DNA from: Cyanidioschyzon merolae | Taxonomy: Eukaryota | Assembly (NCBI GenBank): GCA_000091205.1 | Contig: AP006497.2 | DNA: 64,000 nt | Reading direction: 5' to 3' (one strand) | Shown here: positions 62,479 to 64,000 of the stretch, piece after piece | How positions within the stretch are numbered: the first letter of the stretch is position 1 | Layout of the letters: the number at the start of each line of letters is the position of its first letter | The notes under the pieces: model-generated | Told to the model about the DNA's origin: nothing | The model's input: only the letters and a program-made list of their open reading frames with translations | Databases searched by the model: none | Program-made: the position numbers and the translations under genes

Positions 62479-63894
62479 ATGGATCTCGTGTACCTGCTGA
62501 CGTTCCTCACGTTATGCTTGACACTCACAGCGCTGCAAGTGGACAAGTCGTCTGCAGCGTTGTCAATCCAAAAGCTCATCATTCGTAAAGAACAACGAAA
62601 TGTTGTTGATGAATCTGGTGCTGATGATCAAATAAAGACACAACGGTTAGGTTTTTGCTCGTTTCAACGCACGTACCTAAGTGTGTACTTCCTTGCTGTA
62701 GCAGCGGACTGGCTGCAGGGGCCCATGGTGTATGCGCTCTATGATGCCTACGGGTTTTCAAAGCACGAAATTGCAGCCCTATTCATCGCTGGTTTCGGTT
62801 CAAGTATGGTTCTAGGTACGTATGCTGGAGCACTGGCTGACAACTTTGGGAGAAAGCGTCTCGCCTTGGTGTACTGTGCGTTTTACACAGTCTCCTGTCT
62901 GACGAAGCATTTTCCTCACTTTGGTGTGCTGCTCGTCGGTCGTTTACTCGGTGGCATGGCGACGTCGCTGCTTTTCTCTGTGTTTGAGGCATGGTACGTG
63001 AATGAGCACGAATCACGAGGCTTTCCGGCGGAATGGTTGAGCGAGTCGTTTTCGCGAGCATCTTTTGGTAATGGTCTCGTGGCCATCTTATGTGGACAGC
63101 TTGCGGGGTTGGTGGCGGGACCATTTGGCTTTGTGGCGCCCTTTGACGTGGCCATTGGCGTCCTGGTGCTTGTTGCTGTCCTGATCCATCACAACTGGAC
63201 CGAAAACTACGGCATGCGGGGTGAGCACGTCAGCCGAGGACTCCAGCGAGCGCTGAGGCACACACTCCGCGACTCGAAAATGCGCTGGCTGGGGATTCTC
63301 CAATCCTGTTTTGAAGCAGCAATGTATATTTTCGTGTTTTTATGGACGCCGGCGCTACAGGGCGCTCAAGAGAATCCCACGAATCCCATTCCGCATGGGA
63401 TGATCTTTTCGACGTTCATGGTTGCGCTGATGCTTGGTAGCGTTCTCTTCGATCGCATCCTTCGGCGCATCACACGCGAAGAAAAGGACGCATCCGCCGT
63501 GAAAACCATGAACAACGCGGTGCTTTGGCTTATGCAAATCCTTGTGGCGATCAGTATATGCAGTTTTGTGGTTGCCGCAGTCGGCGATCGCCTCCACTGG
63601 AGCGCAGCTTATCTTGCCATGATCGGCTTCGAAGTCACGTGTGGCCTCTATTTTCCAGCCATGGGGTGCCTGCGAGGTATCCTCATCCCTGAGGAATGTC
63701 GAGCCGCAGTTATGAATCTGTTTCGGGTGCCGATGAATTTGCTGGTGGTTCTTATTCTCGCTTATGTGGATCGATTTACGAACCGCTCCGTTTTCTTCGC
63801 GGCGGCAGGGCTGAACGCGATTGCCCTTCTCGCGCTAGTCCGTCTGAAGGCTGCGAAACCGGAGCCAGACACGACTGGGGAAGCTCACGCATGA
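62479..63894 (+). CDS. MFSD5: MFS transporter of the MFSD5 / molybdate-anion transporter (MOT2) family
   Basis: YFLAVAADWLQGPMVYALY matches human MFSD5 YFLALAADWLQAPYLYKLY. LLVGRLLGGMATSLLFSVFEAWYVNEHESRGFPAEWL matches LLVGRALGGLSTALLFSAFEAWYIHEHVERHDFPAEWI. IFVFLWTPAL matches IFIFVFLWTPVL. GLYFPAMGCLRGILIPEE matches GLYFPSMSFLRRKVIPET. It has 12 predicted TM helices. Confidence 0.88.
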   Translation: MDLVYLLTFLTLCLTLTALQVDKSSAALSIQKLIIRKEQRNVVDESGADDQIKTQRLGFCSFQRTYLSVYFLAVAADWLQGPMVYALYDAYGFSKHEIAALFIAGFGSSMVLGTYAGALADNFGRKRLALVYCAFYTVSCLTKHFPHFGVLLVGRLLGGMATSLLFSVFEAWYVNEHESRGFPAEWLSESFSRASFGNGLVAILCGQLAGLVAGPFGFVAPFDVAIGVLVLVAVLIHHNWTENYGMRGEHVSRGLQRALRHTLRDSKMRWLGILQSCFEAAMYIFVFLWTPALQGAQENPTNPIPHGMIFSTFMVALMLGSVLFDRILRRITREEKDASAVKTMNNAVLWLMQILVAISICSFVVAAVGDRLHWSAAYLAMIGFEVTCGLYFPAMGCLRGILIPEECRAAVMNLFRVPMNLLVVLILAYVDRFTNRSVFFAAAGLNAIALLALVRLKAAKPEPDTTGEAHA

Positions 63895-64000
63895 GCCTGC
63901 ACACCTGTCATATTGACGTCCCTGAATACTTGTGTGTGAGTGTGTATGTCGCTTGCGCGCCGGGCGTGGTGGAGTTGGCGGCGGCAGTGCCGGCTCGCGC

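Overview
This window is GC-rich (about 58-60% by eye), intron-poor eukaryotic nuclear DNA. I see no prokaryotic operons, CRISPR arrays or rRNA. About 15 protein-coding genes lie on both strands, and nearly all read as single uninterrupted exons that align end to end with conserved eukaryotic proteins. These are: long-form tRNase Z, UTP10/HEATR1, an XMAP215/TOG microtubule polymerase, proteasome alpha-3, NOC2, coatomer delta, a Nup88-like nucleoporin, a JmjN/JmjC lysine demethylase, an exosome RNase-PH subunit, an AMPK-related Ser/Thr kinase with a UBA domain, and an MFSD5 transporter. Mixed in are genes with cyanobacterial or plastid ancestry: a Geobacter/cyanobacteria-type (R)-citramalate synthase CimA, an LTO1-like VKOR-thioredoxin fusion, a thylakoid-lumen-type pentapeptide-repeat protein with an AxA cleavage motif, and a cycloeucalenol-cycloisomerase-like membrane protein. 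That mix points to a photosynthetic protist or alga with a compact, intron-poor genome, and I cannot tell which organism. The most interesting structures are not genes. (i) A near-perfect 1.36-kb inverted-repeat pair brackets the coatomer delta gene, and a third degenerate copy of the same element lies 7 kb away. (ii) A 92-bp minisatellite of about 7.6 copies, with a strict 184-bp higher-order alternation, fills the bidirectional promoter between tRNase Z and UTP10. (iii) An ABCD-like ABC half-transporter has a frameshift, an in-frame TAG and degenerate catalytic motifs. (iv) A microsatellite-packed bidirectional promoter, with (CTGC)n and Z-DNA-prone (GT)n(GC)n tracts, sits between CimA and the VKOR gene. 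(v) A second short dispersed element lies upstream of two unrelated genes. I do not see a coherent novel multi-gene system such as a defence island. All functional calls come from motif and alignment recall and none from a database search.
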